Positions 62,317 through 64,000 of a DNA stretch of 64,000 bases are shown here, piece by piece. Numbering within the stretch: the first letter of the stretch is position 1; every line of letters begins with the position of its first letter. Source of the stretch: Oligoflexia bacterium (lineage in GTDB: Bacteria > Bdellovibrionota > UBA1018); assembly GCA_963758495.1 (NCBI GenBank), contig CAVWVI010000004.1, positions 928,001 through 992,000 on the forward strand, given 5' to 3'. The translations under genes and the position numbers were made by a program. A model generated the notes under the pieces. The model saw only the letters and a program-made list of their open reading frames with translations. It was not told where the DNA came from and searched no databases.

Positions 62317-62943
62317 CTATTGTTGTACTTCTTCCGAAACTTCTTTCAAACCTTCACCCAAAGCATACCTTGTGAATCTCCTAATAGAAATATTTTCTCC
62401 AAGAGTTGCAATGGTTTCTTTCAGAAGCTGTTCAATTGTCTTATTGGAATCTTTCACAAACAATTGATAAAGTAAGCAATTATCTTCGTAGAACTTCTTG
62501 AGCTTACCTTCTGCAATTTTCTCTAAAACCGCAGCAGGCTTACCAGAAGCTTGCATTTGCGCAATTGCAATTTCCTTCTCTTTGGCAAGAATTTCCGAAG
62601 GTACTTCTTCCATTCGAACCCATTGTGGATTTGCAGCTGCTACATGCATTGCAATATCTTTCACAAACTGCCGGAATTGTTCAGTTCGGGCTACAAAATC
62701 GGTCTCACAATTCACTTCGAGCAGAACACCTACTCTGCCTTCACCGTGAATGTATGATATGACTGAACCTTCTTTTGTCATCCTGCCCGCTTTTTTTGCA
62801 GCAGAAGCAATTCCCTTTTTACGAAGATACTCAACAGATTTTTCAAAATCTCCTGAACATTCTACAAGCGCCTTTTTGCAATCCATCATCCCTGCGCCTG
62901 TTTTTTCTCGAAGATCTTTGACCAATGTGGCTGAAATTTCCAT
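62317..62943 (-). CDS. tsf: Elongation factor Ts (short form, 208 aa)
   Basis: LREKTGAGMMDCKKAL, EVNCETDFVA; probable start MEISA. Confidence 0.97.
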   Translation of the reverse strand: MEISATLVKDLREKTGAGMMDCKKALVECSGDFEKSVEYLRKKGIASAAKKAGRMTKEGSVISYIHGEGRVGVLLEVNCETDFVARTEQFRQFVKDIAMHVAAANPQWVRMEEVPSEILAKEKEIAIAQMQASGKPAAVLEKIAEGKLKKFYEDNCLLYQLFVKDSNKTIEQLLKETIATLGENISIRRFTRYALGEGLKEVSEEVQQ

Positions 62944-62947
62944 GGTC

Positions 62948-63892
62948 TTATTCTCCTTTCGCTTTTTTGCTCTTCTTGACTGCAGCTGGCTTCTCGGCAA
63001 CAGCAGGAGCAGCGGCTTTTTCCGCTCCAGCTGCTTCTACTACTAATTCTTCTCCCTTTAACTGAGCTTCCACTTCTTGAGCTTCAAGATCAGCCTCATC
63101 CACTCCTTGAAGGTCGATATCGCCTTCAAATCTGGATACTTTTTTCTCAGTTTCTGCGTCTTCTTTAGCACTTGCATCGGCAACTTCTTGTGCGCGAAGC
63201 TTTTCTTGAAATACTCGGGTGCCTTCAATACAGCTATCCGCAATCAATCTTGCAAAAAGACGAATACTGCGAATCGCATCATCATTACCAGGAATGACAT
63301 AAGTAATATTAGAAGGATCACAATTTGTATCTACAACTGCAATAGTAGGAATTCCAAGCTTCTTGGCTTCCTTCACAGCAATATGTTCTTTCTCAGTATC
63401 AACAACGAAAATCGCGCCTGGAAGCTTCTTCATGTCTTGAATGCCGCCCAATGATTTTCGCAAATTCTCTAACTCGCGATCAATTCTTGATTGTTCCTTC
63501 TTAGGCGTTTCATCCCATTCTGGAGAAATTTTAAGGGCTTCTAATTTTTTCAAACGATCGATCGATGCCTTAACCGTTTGATAATTAGTCAACATCCCAC
63601 CTAGCCAGCGATTAGTTACATGATACATGCCTGCGCGCTTTGCTTCTTCTTCAATCACGTCTTTAGCTTGCTTTTTCGTGCCGACGAATAATACTTTTTT
63701 ACCTTCAGATGCCACTTGAGTAGCAAAGGCACAAGCAGCGCGAGTCTGATCTACCGTCTTTTGAAGATCGATAATATAAATTCCATTACGAGACCCGAAA
63801 ACATAAGGCTTCATTTTAGGATTCCAACGACGAGTCTGGTGACCAAAATGAACCCCTGATTCCAAAAGCTCGCGCATAGTTATAGCAGGCAT
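62948..63892 (-). CDS. rpsB: 30S ribosomal protein S2 with acidic/Lys-rich C-terminal extension
   Basis: [33 protein letters not shown]. Confidence 0.97.
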   Translation of the reverse strand: MPAITMRELLESGVHFGHQTRRWNPKMKPYVFGSRNGIYIIDLQKTVDQTRAACAFATQVASEGKKVLFVGTKKQAKDVIEEEAKRAGMYHVTNRWLGGMLTNYQTVKASIDRLKKLEALKISPEWDETPKKEQSRIDRELENLRKSLGGIQDMKKLPGAIFVVDTEKEHIAVKEAKKLGIPTIAVVDTNCDPSNITYVIPGNDDAIRSIRLFARLIADSCIEGTRVFQEKLRAQEVADASAKEDAETEKKVSRFEGDIDLQGVDEADLEAQEVEAQLKGEELVVEAAGAEKAAAPAVAEKPAAVKKSKKAKGE

Positions 63893-64000
63893 AAAAAACT
63901 CCTTCATTCAATCAATATGCGGAAGTCAAAACAGCGCGAACGCGCAGAAAGGCTTACCGCGGTTTTTTTGAAGCTACCTTTTAGATAAGAACCGTTCTTA

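Overview
This is a bacterial chromosomal window of about 40% GC (by eye). Gene content suggests Bdellovibrionota or a related deltaproteobacterial lineage, which is an inference. Housekeeping blocks include rpsB-tsf-pyrH-frr-uppS-cdsA-rseP-tsaB, pssA-asd-truA-tig, groES/groEL-hslO, an opp/dpp peptide ABC operon, glycosyltransferases and a small Flp/Tad pilin cluster. Three accessory areas stand out. (1) At 0.4-10.8 kb there is a triplicated, mosaic family of secreted ankyrin proteins with DARPin-like N-cap/variable-repeat/C-cap architecture, interleaved with one intact and several decayed toxin-antitoxin modules and preceded by a secreted protein with two copies of an unrecognised domain. (2) A tRNA-Phe-anchored islet carries an IS66 element, pseudogenes and an AbiEi/AbiEii pair. 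(3) A plasmid-style (type Ia-like) parA-parB operon has two copies of a non-canonical palindrome (GGTCGCC-N2-GGCGACC) that are candidate parS sites, and sits among core genes with no rep or integrase gene nearby. Single-base frameshifts in groEL, oppA and other genes suggest long-read consensus errors, so pseudogene calls based only on indels are uncertain.
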